Below, piece by piece: positions 1 through 14,005 of a stretch of 64,000 nucleotides of DNA. The number at the start of each line of letters is the position of its first letter. The first letter of the stretch is position 1. The stretch covers positions 103,664,001-103,728,000 of the forward strand of contig OX597819.1 in the NCBI GenBank assembly GCA_951406725.2, written 5' to 3'. Under the pieces are notes generated by a model, which did not search any database, was not told the origin of the DNA, and saw only the letters and a list, made by a program, of their open reading frames with translations. Origin of the DNA: Octopus vulgaris (taxonomy: Eukaryota). A program made the position numbers and the translations under genes.

Positions 1-106
1 GTGAGATTTCACTGGTATCTCTCGCAGGTTAATTTTTCACTTACAGTCGTTCAAACTGATCCATCTAGCGATCGTTCAATTTTGACTGCGAATATGAATA
101 CGTTTG

Positions 107-146
<40 letters not shown>

Positions 147-214
147 GTGTGTGTGTTGATTTAGAGTTTATTATATATATGTAATTGTATATAATTGCAG
201 AGAATATTTTTTTT

Positions 215-650
215 AGTGTGGGTGGGTGTTGAGAAGGTTGCTTCTCAACCACATAGCTCCGGGTTCAGTCCCACTGCATTGCAATTTGGACATCTTCTAC
301 TATAGCCTCCGGCCGATCAAGGCCTTGGGAGTGGACTTGATGGAGGGAAACTAAAATAAGTCTTACGTATATATATACACATATATATATACACACACAT
401 AGGTAAGACATCTTTTAGTTTCCTTTTATCAAATGTGTGAGTGTGTGTGTGTGTGTGCGTGTCTTTGAGCCAGTGTTTGTCCCGCACCACCGCTTGACAA
501 GTAGTGTTGGTATGCTTACCCCGCGAACCATAGAGTTCGGCAAAAGATACCGAGAAAATAAAGTCCTGGGGTCGATACATTCCACTAAAAAATGCCGAAG
601 GGCTGTGTCCCAGCGTGGCCGCAGTCCAACGACTGAATCAAGTATGAGTG
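215..650 (+). mobile_element. tRNA-derived SINE, family A (CORE-like, octopus OR-type), decayed
   Basis: B-box-like GGGTTCAGTCCC, then CTTCTACTATAGCCTCCGGCCGATCAA, an internal TA/TG microsatellite and a 3' part shared with 6842-7300. Family name is from recall. Confidence 0.85.
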
Positions 651-2517
651 AGTTTTTAAAATTTTAAATATACATACGTACACACATACTTTACATATAT
701 ACGTACACGCATACATAATGTATGATTAAATATATACACATATTCGTATATATCAATATATATACATATACATGTCTGTCGTTTATTCGTCTTCGTGATC
801 TTACTGATCTCATTCTTTGGATTGAGGATTTACTCGGACACTGATTGGAACAGCTTACTAAATAAGCCATGCCGATTTAAATACTTACTTTTAACTGTGG
901 TGAATATTTGTTTCCACGCCTTTAGGCGAATAATTTCTACGAATTTTAGAGATCAGTTATTAACATATGAATAATATATTATTAGAATCCAATAGCCATA
1001 AGTAGAATGAATTTATCTATGTATAATCTTTGCCTGTTTACTGTTTCATACATACATAAAGCAAGACATACAAATCTGCACGTATATAGATATAAATGCC
1101 TTCTTATTTACTTATTTACACACACACACTGAAAGATAGTGAGCAAAGGAGAGAATTAATTTTATCAACAATAAAAGAATGTTCATAGGAATGTATTGGA
1201 TATAATATATATAATATTCGAGAAAGGACTATTGTTAATATTGGCTATCGTTCATGCCACGTCACATATCACAAAACCCATCAGTGATCAAATGTTTGTT
1301 ACTGTGTCCAGCACGTCTTACATATTCGTATATTGTGTGTGTAATACTAAATTCTGTTTCATATTTTTAACGAGACATGTAAAGTTATGAGATTATTGTA
1401 GCTGATATTTCAGGCAGGTCGAATAAACATTTTGACAAAACGTATTTGGAATAACATTGTGAAATGTGGCCTTGATTTTGCATGACATTATAGTTAAATT
1501 TTAGGGAGATTCTGGTGTTAGTGCTGGCAAGTTGAGCGAACGTGTAGAGGAGAATAGAAATGGCTGAAACCCATATATTATAATCACTGGAAACGAATAA
1601 ACAGAGGCTTTAACTGAAAGAGGCAGCGGCCATATTTCATTTCATTATCAAGGCCTTTCGGGATGCCATTAGCAGGCATTATGAAATGGAAACTGGCCAT
1701 AATTGTATAAATTACGGGAGCCTTGTGTTCGGGTTGTTCGCTGGTAACGGCACGTTGAAGACACAAAAGAGATGATGCGGGTTTCTTAGAAGCGCATATA
1801 TATAATTATATATGTGTGTTAGTCAATGTGTAGATATCTCAGTGTATTTAAGTTTTAGCCTGTGTGTATACGTTACTTATGTATGCATGTAAATGTGTAT
1901 AAATTGCGTGTGTATGGATGTATAAATATATGCATGTTAACTAAATTATTTCTGTTTGCGCATGTCTAAGGAAGTGTTCGGATAATTCTATCACCTATCT
2001 TTGCAGTGTGTGTATGTGTGACTATATATGAGGGTGAACATACTGCCATGAGTGTGCACGCATATGCGTTTGTGTGTTTTGTTTGTGTATATACTTTGGA
2101 AGGGGAGATCCCTGTGTCTTTATATATCAACCTATAAACATGCCTAAAGTTTGACGTTATTGGACATAGAATGTTAAGTGTTTGAATATATGAGTTCCAA
2201 TTTATGTTTCCATGCAAATATATGAGTCTCTGTTGCGGTTAATGAATGTATATACATATATGTATGTGCGTGTATTTATTTGTACTTTGTTGTATGTACG
2301 TACGTACATATGTATGTACGTATGTATGTATGTATGTATGTATGTATGTATGTATGTATGACTGTATGTATGCCTGAAAGTATGCGTGTATGCCTGTGTG
2401 CATATACAAAGTACATACGTGCCAATATATCATGTAGTGGGCAATGAAAATAGCTACACAATAGGTACAATGTTTAATGAAAACGGTATTAATAAAACGA
2501 TTTTAAGGAAATGTTAA

Positions 2518-2557
2518 GAACAGCAACGTTTCGGGCGTTAGTCATTCGTCAGAAGAA
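2518..2557 (-). ncRNA. Degenerate minimal (PLE-type) hammerhead ribozyme relic
   Basis: Minus strand reads CTGACGA-A-TGAC-TAAC-GCCC-GAAACGTT. Core boxes are intact; stem II and stem I are eroded. Confidence 0.5.
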
Positions 2558-3636
2558 CTAGAAAAGCATAAAAGGAATGAGAAAGACGGATAAACATCTA
2601 TCTACATACACACGCACACACGCACATACATAAACACTCACACACGAATGCAATCACGTACGGGCATGTGCATGCACACACACACAAACTCACACAAACA
2701 CATATATTTATGCTTAATCAGATGTACGCGAACACATTAAAGACAATAAATATTAACAAGTCCATCGCAAGAAGAATGAACATTGAATTCGTGGTACTAG
2801 TTTAACACAGACAAAGAAGAGAGTCAGTTAGTGTTTTAGGTATGAGACCCTTCTCAAAGAAAGAGAAGAAATAGAGTTATTTAGAAAGAATGAGCTAAAG
2901 ATATAACGTGTGAATGAATGAATTGTGAAAGACACAGGATGAAGACCAAAGTATCCGAGACCAAGAAGTAGCAATGCTTTTAAAGAGCCTTGCACGGATG
3001 CATTATCTGAGGACTTCTACATATTTTGCGTACCAAGTTGTGTACCACCTCTGCCCAAACCAGCGCAAACGATTTTCTCTATCATAGGAATCAGTAACCG
3101 TTTACTCTATTATACAGACCAGAGATCACGTACAGGGTTTTCAGTCTCAGCATTTAAATGATTTGTGGAAAGTCTAGTTGTTTTATTGATGGGTACTGGG
3201 TTGTTTTTTTCAAACGCTTGCAACTCACTTTGATGTGGATAGGATGACTTCATATCACGGACATCTTAAAATCTGTGTTACAATATTATTGGATCTAATT
3301 ACATAATATACTTGGTTACGGAACCAGTCGTCGATTATCCGAAACAGCTGTAAAGATAAGAATTATTTCTATAATCTACTTGTATACACAAATTTCCATG
3401 CGAATACATTCTTTGAGCATAAAAGTTTATGTACCCGAATTTCTATACCAGCACCAACTCCCCTGGAGATAGGAGCCAGTGTTATAGTTTCAGATTCATC
3501 TGCATACTATCTGATGACTATGTATAGTCTATCTCTTTCTCACTTTCTCCTTCTCTCCCTCTCTATATATATGTATGTATACACACACACGCATACACGC
3601 GCGCACACATACACACGCATATATATATATATATAT

Positions 3637-3774
3637 ATACAAACTGGGACAAGAACACAAAACATTTAGAAGACGACACAGAAAACACGGACTGAAGATT
3701 GAAGGCTTCGAATGTCCTGTCCGTGTTTTTTGTATCGTCTTCTAAATGTTTTGCGTTCTTGTGCCAGTTTGTAT
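3637..3774. repeat. Fold-back element with ~56-bp inverted arms and ~26-nt spacer, between (TA)n tracts
   Basis: 3637-3692 is the reverse complement of 3719-3774 (4 mismatches). The right half matches 4470-4557. Confidence 0.9.
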
Positions 3775-4029
3775 TTGTGTATATATATATATATATAGCA
3801 GCATACGTACCCTCTCTCTTATATTTAAATACACATTTCTCTAAACTTGGTACGACTCTATAACACTGTCCCCCCCTCTCCTACAATTATTTGCCCTTCT
3901 TACTTTGCACTTCACTTTGTCCCTGTCTCTTTTTCTCGCTCTCTCTCTCTTCTCCTCCTCCTTAATTCCTTGTTCCTCTTTTTCTCTCTCTTCTCCCCCT
4001 CCTTAATTCTTCTGTCCCTCTTTCCTCTC

Positions 4030-4655
<626 letters not shown>

Positions 4656-5599
4656 TGTATATACATATATATTACATATCACATTTTCGACCAGAAAAGG
4701 GAGGGGCGAATACTTTTCCTTTCTGCGTTTTCAATAGACTGCCATCTCAGTTTTTCGCATTTCCTTTATTATTCAATTTTTTAGTTCGTTATGATTTGTG
4801 GTTTGTGGCAGAAGAATATTTCTGAACATACAAAAGTATTCATAGCGCTTATATACATGTATTGCGACATTTAAAGAAATAATATTTATTTCTCACCAAA
4901 TGGAGTACTTTCTTTGTTGAATTTTCTATCACAGAATACAACATTGTGTGTGTGTGTATGTGTGTGTCTGTGTGTGTGTCTGTGTGTCTGTGTGCGTGCG
5001 TGTACTTGACAAATGATGTACAAGGAGGCAAAAAGGAGTATTTAAACATGTTTCGTCGTGTCATTAATGTGGAACTATTACGTCATTCAGTCAAGCTTTC
5101 TACGTCATTTGTAGGTAGATAGGCAACGACAAAAGGCACTCTTTTCTATATATTTGTTGTATGCATTCATGGAATGAAGTTATAACATAAATGATTGAAA
5201 TTTGTTTTGTTCCACACGCTGAATAAGAAGACATCATATCCTCCAATTGAAATTTTATATTCATTGAAAGAGTCTCAATAGTGAATGAACTGTCATTTTT
5301 ATTCAATAAACATTCATCCACATTCAATGTTATTTGATAGAATTACAATGCTTACAACGATCATGCGCCATTTTCTCTTCTTTTCATAGAGTATTTTAGA
5401 ATTTTTTTATAAAAAATATTTTTCAATGTTTACATTTTTTTTCTTGCATCTTTTCTCGTAGCCAATCATGCACAAATGTTCGTACGCATGCACGCACGCT
5501 AGTTCATATAAACACATATGAGCACATAGATATATACAGGAACATACTTAAATGTTGATGTATTTGTGTGTGCGTGTGTACACACACACACACACACAC

Positions 5600-5647
<48 letters not shown>

Positions 5648-5694
5648 ACGTGTGTGTGGTTTGTGATATGTATATATATAATATACATGTATAT

Positions 5695-5783
<89 letters not shown>

Positions 5784-6712
5784 GTATATTCGTTGAAAAC
5801 TGATTATTCACTCTGTAACGAATCTGACTTTATTGATATTATGTGCAATCAGTCATGCGACAAAAAGATTGATACGCACAAAACACACTTACTTATAATG
5901 CATGGATGTATATTTATCTGTGTATAGGGACATATATATATATATATATATATATTTACATGCATTCATACCAACACATATATATATACTCACACGCATA
6001 TATGTATAAAAAAGAAATGCAAATCACTTTCTAAAGAAATATTTAATATACAGATAAATGCGTGTAAAATTACAAATATTTGTTCTAAATGAATGTATGG
6101 GGGCGTTAAGATTTATACAGACACACACACGCACACACTCATATACTCCTAATTATAATACACAAAAACGTATTTGAATCTTTTATTCACTCGTATGGGT
6201 ACACATACACACACACATACACAAACGCATAGAAACACCTACTTGCATACATACATACATACATACATACATACATACATACATACATGCATGCTCGCAT
6301 ACATACATGCATGCTAGCACATACATACATACATACATACATACATACATACATACATACATACATACAAGCATGCATGTGCGCTGCAGTAATGTGAACC
6401 AGACGTTGCGGATTTGCATTCAGTTAAGTATAAAGAGAAAGAAATTGTAAAAAGTAAAAAAAAAAGAGAGAAAAAGTACCAGAGGAGTAACAAAACAATA
6501 ACAAAAACAAATCAATATATCTATCTATTAATTAGTTTACTTTTGTATAAATCAAATATTTTGTCTTTTTTTCGATATGTTACCAATGAGGATGATCATC
6601 GTTATTATTCTCTGTTAAGAACTTTGATATATGCTCAGTCCTACACAAAGCATAAAAGGTACCCTTTTTATTTATTCATCTAATGTTGCCTCATACGTTA
6701 AACTTACATTAT

Positions 6713-6832
6713 TATTAGGGCCATATCACGTTGAAAGCATCGGTTCTCGTCCGATCACCGAAGTTAAGCAACGTCGAGCCTTGTTAGTACTTCGATAGGC
6801 GACCGCTTGTGAAACCTAGGTGGTGTAAGCGT
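6713..6832 (+). rRNA. 5S: 5S rRNA copy, probably a pseudogene
   Basis: GGCCATATCACGTTGAAAGCATCGGTTCTCGTCCGATCACCGAAGTTAAGCAACGTCGAGCC..GTTAGTACTT..GTAAGC matches invertebrate 5S. Box C is altered (TCGATAGGCGAC), the 5' end is eroded and there is no oligo-T terminator. Confidence 0.9.
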
Positions 6833-6841
6833 CACACACTT

Positions 6842-7018
6842 AGGCGTAGAAGTGGCTGTGTGGCAAGTAGCTTGCTTACCAACCACATGGTTCTAGGTTT
6901 AGTCCCACTGGGTAGCACCTAGCGCAAGTATCTTCTACTATAGCATCCGGCCGATCAAAGCCTCGTGTATGGATTTGGTAGACGGAAACTGAAAGAAGCC
7001 CGTTGTATATGTGTGTGC

Positions 7019-7071
<53 letters not shown>

Positions 7072-7300
7072 TGTATATGTTTGTGTGTCTGTATTTGTGC
7101 CCCCAACATCGCTTGAGAACCGATGCTGGTGTGTTTACGTCCCAGTAACTTTGCTGTTCGGCGAAAGAGGCCTATATAATAAGTACTAGGCTTACAAAGA
7201 ATAAGTCCTGTGGTCGATTTGCTCGACTAAAAGGTGGTGCTCCAGCTTGGTCACAGTCATATGACTGAAACAAGTAAATGAGTAAAAGAGTAAAAGAGTA
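6842..7300 (+). mobile_element. tRNA-derived SINE, family A, near full length
   Basis: A-box TGGCTGTGTGG, B-box-like GGTTTAGTCCC, CORE-like GCACCTAGCGCAAGTATCTT, internal (TA)n and (GAGTAAAA)n tail. Confidence 0.9.
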
Positions 7301-7336
7301 TTATTATTGTTATTATTATCATTATTATTATTATTA

Positions 7337-7406
<70 letters not shown>

Positions 7407-7440
7407 CATTATCATCATCATCATTATTATTATTATTATT

Positions 7441-7760
7441 AAGGTGGCGAACTGGCAGAATCGTTAGCACACCTGTCAGAATACTTGGCAGCATTTTGTC
7501 CGTCTTAACATTTTGGGTTCAAATTCCACTGAGCTCCACTTTACCTTTCCTCATTTCGATGTCGATGAAATAAGTACCAGTTGAGCATTGGGTTAGATCT
7601 AATCGACTAACCCTTTCCTCTAAAATTTCAGGCCCCGTGCTTATAGTAAAAAGGATTATTAAAGGGCCAACCTAGCAGAATCGTGAGATCGCCGGTCTTT
7701 CCAGTTGAGTACTTGGGTCGATGTAATCGATTTAAACCCTCCCTTCAACTTGCAGGCCAA
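7441..7760 (+). mobile_element. SINE family B (GGCGGCGAGCTGGCAGAA head): one copy plus an internally deleted copy
   Basis: Head AGGTGGCGAACTGGCAGAATCGTTAGCA, GGGTTCAAATTCC, central GTCGATGAAATAAGTACCAG and GGATTATT tail. Preceded by (ATT)n. Confidence 0.85.
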
Positions 7761-7849
7761 TAAAATAACAATGACAATTAACAATAGAATTAAACAATAA
7801 AATTCCCTTAAACGGTGAAGTTCCTCACGGGGTCAATCGAGGAACCCCA

Positions 7850-9480
7850 CACATTATCGTTATCCCGTCCGCTTGGTGCACCTCAATAAGTGCCTCTCCC
7901 CTTCTCAACTCCTCCGTTTTACAATTGGAAGTTTAGGGTAGGTCCATACACAGGAGCCATCCTCGCCACACGCACCCACCTTTCAACAAATTTACTGGGG
8001 AGAGGGGCAAAACTTCCCACTCTACTCTCACTTTCGTTGTCAAGAGAAACTTGTAAAAGTTAATAAGGTCTTGGCGGAAGAAGAAAGAATCTGTCTTTAG
8101 TCCTTTCAATCTTGTCCACCACACTTCCTCCTTAGCCATAGCCACCGGACAGAGGAAAACTGCCCTTCTTTCTTTGTCAAAGGAAGGTGGCGGGACGTTC
8201 TTCCCGATTTGTCCCACACGTGATAACAGCTATTCGACAAAGCTCCAGAAGTTATGGACAATGGACGAATGTGTGCAGGACTGATTCGTCGCCCTGCGCA
8301 CACTTCGGACAGGCTCGCCTACCAGCATTTCCGTGTCTATAGAACTTTCTCGAAGCGGCAGAGCTCCCCGGTAGCATTGCTAGCCCAGGAGTTTCTGGAA
8401 GTTATCCAGAGGCCCCGGCCTGAAAGTCCTCTGATGCCCAGAGTTTCCCGGAGGAATTCGTCGCTCTTGCCTGCCACTAATCCTCTATGGTACTTCATGG
8501 TGGAACTTCCACCAATCGCGTTACCCGACTAACAGAAGAAAGCTGTGAGCGCTTGCAGACACTCCAGTTACCAGGCGCCCTTTCTTGGTCAACGCTTGAC
8601 CCAGGACTGTAACTCCATCTATGAGACGAGCTGCGGAAAGTCCCATTTGGTGAACGGTGACCACACCTGTTCACCGCTAAGAAAATGCTGTGGATGTTGC
8701 AGCCTCAGCGCGTGTCTGCGCATCATTAGCCATGCACTCAGCAGCTGTTGATAGCAGATGGAGCGTCTGACGAGTGGAACACGACCCTTCAACAGAAAGC
8801 AGAAGAGCAAGCGCTCCAGCTTGGTCAGTCATGAAGCAGGGCAAGTGACGACGGTCAGGCGGTAGTAGATGACGGAATCGATGTACGCATTCACCACCGC
8901 CACCCAACCTTTCAGCGACAGTTTCCTCTCTGCCCATTTCTGGGTGAAATTGGCTATCCTGCTCGTCACCTACCCCCAGTCTTGTCCACCTGGCGTTCAA
9001 CACCAAACCAGACTCAATGCAATTTAGCTGGTCCTTCCGTCCAACGCCCTACCACGCAGTCGGTTGGAATGGCTCACAGCACTGGGTATTCTCCCGTTCT
9101 GCTGCCAGTTGTGGTAGACATCTGCCAAGATATCACCGAACAAGTCTGGCATATGAAGATGAAGCTCGAAAGGTAGACCATCCAACCCCAGAGATTTCTC
9201 TCTTGGGCAGGCCTTCATGGCGTCCCATATATCTTCGGCTGTTACCGACGTTTCGCAGAACTCCGCATCTCTGGCCGAAAGGCGCGGCATGCCGCCGAGA
9301 TAGGAGGTGAAATCTACCTCCGTCGACGATGCACCGCGCACCCCAAACATTTCAGCGAAGTGCTGCTGAAATTCCGTACACATCAGCCTGGACTTGTGTA
9401 GCATACGCCCATCCCGGCTAGACGTAGACCGAATTGTAACTTTGTGCCACGTTGCACCTTCAGTCACTTCAATCTGGTCT
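7850..9480 (-). mobile_element. Tx1/L1-clade LINE ORF2 relic (RT N-terminus, thumb, Cys-rich C-terminus), internally deleted
   Basis: EKSLGLDGLPFE (KSPGxDG motif) in ORF 9024-9773, LFCFLLKGRVPLVRRSIC, and RACPKCAQGDESVLHTFVHCP near 8250-8320. GC-rich relative to flanks. Confidence 0.85.
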
Positions 9481-9868
9481 ACACAATAATTTTCGATAAC
9501 ACCATCAGTCAGATGAAAATTGCCTGTCCTTTTTGGACAAACAATATGTTCTGTGGACTCACTTGATTGCCTGATCCATTCCAAACGTAACAGAAGGTGT
9601 TCAACATAGCTCCATAAATCAGCGATAATTGGGCACGGGACAAGTGCATGCAGAAAAGTTTCGACGCTCGACGGACATCTGGGACATGCCCGGCAAGCGG
9701 TATTTCCGGGCATGTAGCATTTATTTCGAACCGACGATGACCATTGGTAGCACTGCCAAGCACTATCCTTCACAGCATCTCAGGTTTGGAAAATTTTTCA
9801 TTCTTGAAATTTTCGGCCCTTCTTCTATGGATCGTGTGTTGTATTGGAAATTATTACACATCCTCTAG
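9480..9868 (-). mobile_element. Second 3' fragment of a related Tx1/L1 LINE
   Basis: SAWQCY..RACPRCPSSVETFLHALVPCPIIADLW (CxxC-H-C knuckle), joined in frame upstream of the RT fragment. Confidence 0.8.
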
Positions 9869-9933
9869 AGGCGGCGATGATATTAATAATTTATTTGCTA
9901 TACCAGTATTTGTCTAGAGAGGTAGATAGATAA

Positions 9934-9995
<62 letters not shown>

Positions 9996-10414
9996 TATAC
10001 ATATGTTATATTGTATTTATTATATTATATTATCTTGTTATATTATATTGTGTTATATATTATGCTATATCATATTATATTATAGTATAGTATATTACAT
10101 TGTATCATACTATATATCTGACTACTGTTCAATGTTCACTTCCATAAAAAGGAAATAAGTTAACATTATAGCAGGAAAATTGCAGGCTCAATCGTTCATT
10201 TAATGGAGATATGTACGATAATTTTGCGAGTCCTCTCTTTTATAATTATATCGCTAATTTTCAGTAACTTAAATGATTGTCGTTTTCAAAGAAATTATAT
10301 GATTTTATGTTACTTTATTTTTTTGCTAACCTATATTTAATTATACACACACAGGTACACACACACACATATGCACACACAGGAGTATATATACTATATG
10401 TATGTGTGTATTTG

Positions 10415-10582
10415 TGTGTGGTGGGGTGTTAGCTGCAGGTGGGCCCTGGGTGTAGTCCCGATGCGTGGCTCTTAGGCAAATACCTTTTACTAAAGCCTCG
10501 ATTCTTTCGATTAAAGTTCTTCAAGGCAGTGCTGCAGCATGGACGCAGTTTAATGACTGAAGTAGGAGATAAGAGATGAAAG

Positions 10583-10585
<3 letters not shown>
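10415..10585 (+). mobile_element. SINE family A, internally deleted
   Basis: Decayed head joined to the 3' end GGCAGTGCTGCAGCATGGACGCAGTTTAATGACTGAA. Confidence 0.6.
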
Positions 10586-10645
<60 letters not shown>

Positions 10646-10656
10646 ATCTATATATT

Positions 10657-10707
<51 letters not shown>

Positions 10708-10989
10708 GTGTGTGTGTCTAGAATAGCACCAGGTATTGAAGAACAGTAACAAGCAGCACGACAACAGTGACGATGGCAGCAGCATCAATGGTAATATGAA
10801 GTGCATCAACAGTGACAACAGTTAAACCTGTTACCATTCTCTATCCCCAGAAACTCATTCATATATATGTATTCACGTGAATGAGTATGTATGAGCGTAT
10901 ACAAATGAATACATACGCTCACACACAAACACACATACACACATACGTACACACACACATAAATACGTACGAGTATACATATAGAGATC

Positions 10990-11065
<76 letters not shown>

Positions 11066-11135
11066 GAAGGTTTGGAGATGATGTACAGGTATTATATATT
11101 AGAAGAAATGAGGTACTCAGAAGATCGGATGGTTT

Positions 11136-11189
11136 ATATTTACAGATATTTTATTTGTATATTACATTTAAATAAATATCTGTAAATAT
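11136..11189. repeat. 20-bp inverted repeat (hairpin)
   Basis: ATATTTACAGATATTTTATTT ... AAATAAATATCTGTAAATAT. Confidence 0.8.
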
Positions 11190-11363
11190 CAGATCGTCGG
11201 TTCGATTCCCTGACTGGGCGGCGTGTGGCTTTCTTGATCAAAGCACTTCCTTCACGTTGCGCCAGTTATCCTTTCGATGACCGGGAAATCTTGGCCTGCT
11301 CGCCTAGCCAGCAGGATGGCGTCATTTGAGGGCTAAAACAATGCAAAAACGGACCCTGACCAG

Positions 11364-11368
<5 letters not shown>
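11190..11368 (+). mobile_element. tRNA-derived SINE fragment (head related to family C)
   Basis: GGTTCGATTCCCTGACTGGGCG resembles the B-box region at ~18900-18925. Confidence 0.6.
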
Positions 11369-11401
<33 letters not shown>

Positions 11402-11407
<6 letters not shown>

Positions 11408-11600
11408 AGGCGACTGAAGAAGGGGAATTTTCCTTGTGTTGTGTGTCCTGTACTCTATTTTTTTGTTGTTTAAGAAAAATGTCCGTTTCCTTGGTTTTGT
11501 GTTTATATTTTCGTTTCTCATTGTGTACGACGTTTTTTTTGGTATCCTGTACCGATATATGCATGTATATATACATGTAGATGAAGGTACGTACATATAT
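11402..11600 (+). mobile_element. Dispersed repeat family E, next to (TA)n
   Basis: Highly similar to the reverse complement of 20672-20872; the ORF track gives matching peptides for both copies. Confidence 0.85.
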
Positions 11601-11969
11601 GTATGTATATGACTTTTTACATATATAAAACATATATATGCATATGTTTTATTTATTAATTTGTTATTATACACACACACACACACGTCTCTATATATTT
11701 TGAAAAAACACAAAAACTTAATTGTTTTATTTCGTTTAGTCATACTTATATCAAACGGAAGCGTTGCGTATTTCTGCCCCTCCCACCATTTGCATCCCGA
11801 CGTGCTGTAGGGGATGTAAATTGGGTAAATGTTGCTGTGGTGAGCTGCGATGGGGCTAGGTGTGGAAGGGTGGGTTAGGATGGAGTAGAGTGCATCTAGT
11901 GATGTGAGTTGAGGTTGATGAGTGGGGTAACTGTGACAACATTAAATACATTATGCGGATATAATGAAG

Positions 11970-11970
11970 A

Positions 11971-12017
<47 letters not shown>

Positions 12018-12057
12018 GTAGTAGTATTAGTAGTAGTAATAGTAGTAGTAGTAGTAG

Positions 12058-12108
<51 letters not shown>

Positions 12109-12307
12109 TAGTAGTAGATTAGTAGTAGGTGTTGCTGTTGTAGAAGAAGAAGAAGAAGAAGAAGAAGAAGAAGAAGAAGAAGAAGAAGAAGAAGAAGATA
12201 ATGATAATGATAATGATAATGATGATGAAGATAAAGAAAACGAGAAAAATCGATAATAAAGTTGATGACGAAGATGATGGTGATGCTGTTCGTGATGATA
12301 ATAATGT

Positions 12308-12338
<31 letters not shown>

Positions 12339-12950
12339 ACTGAAGGGGAAGAGGTGGAGCAGGAGCAGGAGGAGATGGGACGGTTTGATAATGTGCCACT
12401 GACGATAATAATGATGTTGACGATAACGTTAAGGGTTGTATACCAACTGATGATAACGTCGACGTTCCATGAGATGACGACGACGACGACGATGGTGACG
12501 ATGCTGTGTTGTTCGTAATGTGGCGATGTTGGTGGCGCTGATGGTAATTACAATTGTTGTTGTGATAGTCTTAATTATAACGGCGTTAGTGTTGTTAATG
12601 ACGATTCTACCGATTACGTTGATGACGGTGGTGATGGTGATGATAGGTGCAAGTGATGAGGACAATAATGATGATTATTTTGATGCTGGTTATGGTTCTC
12701 GTTATGAATGTACTGGAAATCATGATGACGTAGATGATGATAATGATGATGAGGAGAAGAAGGAGCACGACGTTAATTAGGCTTCCTGTGTGTTCGTGGA
12801 GGGAAACTTGTAATTCTGGAGCTTGTAGCAATCTTGTAGATGATTATGGTGGTGGTGGTGGCAGCGGCGGCGGCGGTGGTGGTGGTGGTGGTGGTGTAAA
12901 GATTAATTGTGGTGGTAGTAATGATGATGATGATGATGGTAATGAAGTAG
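11970..12950. repeat. Compound trinucleotide low-complexity tract (AGT/AGC/GAA/GAT/GGT)
   Basis: Seen directly. Confidence 0.9.
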
Positions 12951-13156
12951 TGAGACAGAAAAAAAATATTGAGAGGTATTAGAAGAAAGACGAGACGGAA
13001 ATGAAGGTAAGGAGGCCTGCGGTGGGGGAGTAAAGTTAAATGGCGGAAAAAATAATGAAAGATTAATATAAAGGATTGTGTATGGAGAAGCACTGTTCTT
13101 GTATGCGTCTGTGCGTTCTTATTAACTCTTACACGTGTATACACGTGCATACATGT

Positions 13157-13272
<116 letters not shown>

Positions 13273-13859
13273 TCATACACATATATACATATGCATTCAA
13301 AGGCATTCAAACACATATATGTATTTGTATAACGTATGCATATGTGAGTGTATGTATATATATATATATATATATATATAGGTTTAGATATGTCTATACA
13401 TATATACATTAATAACTATATATGTATTAGCATCTGTAAGTGTGCATATGCACGTATATATGGCAAATTATATGTTGCATACTAACAAGAGCAACCCCGG
13501 ATAGAAAGAGAAGGAAAATATTGATTATAGTTTGCGGTTTGTAAAAGCGTTTAAAATAGTACAGAAAACAACAAAGGGGTAGCAACTCTAAAACAGAAAA
13601 TACGGATGAGTAATTATATAAATAGTTACAAAAACAATTGAACGAATAATTAGCATATTTTTAGGAAGCCGAAGAACCATTTTTAGTTAGAAAGGATTTC
13701 TTTAATCGTGAGGTAAAATGCATCTGTACTAAGAAATGCTCCATGTTCTAAAGCTTAGCTTTCGCAAACAAGAGCTAATTGCTTTACATGTCTGATTAGT
13801 TTCGATGAGACACAGGCACTCTTTTGGCTCCCCAGTGTGCCAGTTGGAGTGAGAGAAAG

Positions 13860-14005
13860 GTGTAACAGCTTTTCCAGCCCTGGGCTGGATCTCATTTTCA
13901 TCAGGATATAAGGATATAAAAGCGAGTAATGAAGTTCACTGCTCAAGAGTGCAATAGCACCATCAGAAATCGAACCCACAACATTATGACTGTGAGCACA
14001 ACACT
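13860..14005 (-). mobile_element. Decayed tRNA-SINE head (family C-like)
   Basis: Reverse B-box GAAATCGAACCCAC and GCTCAAGAGTGCAA. Confidence 0.45.

Noticed and set aside
1-50. GTGAG donor-like start and AG acceptors
   Set aside because: No upstream context and no supporting reading frame.
3315-3360. HHR-like GAAACAGCTGTA (also GAAACTCAAAGTA at ~53737 and a relic at ~2830-2860)
   Set aside because: The CUGANGA box is missing or too eroded to call.
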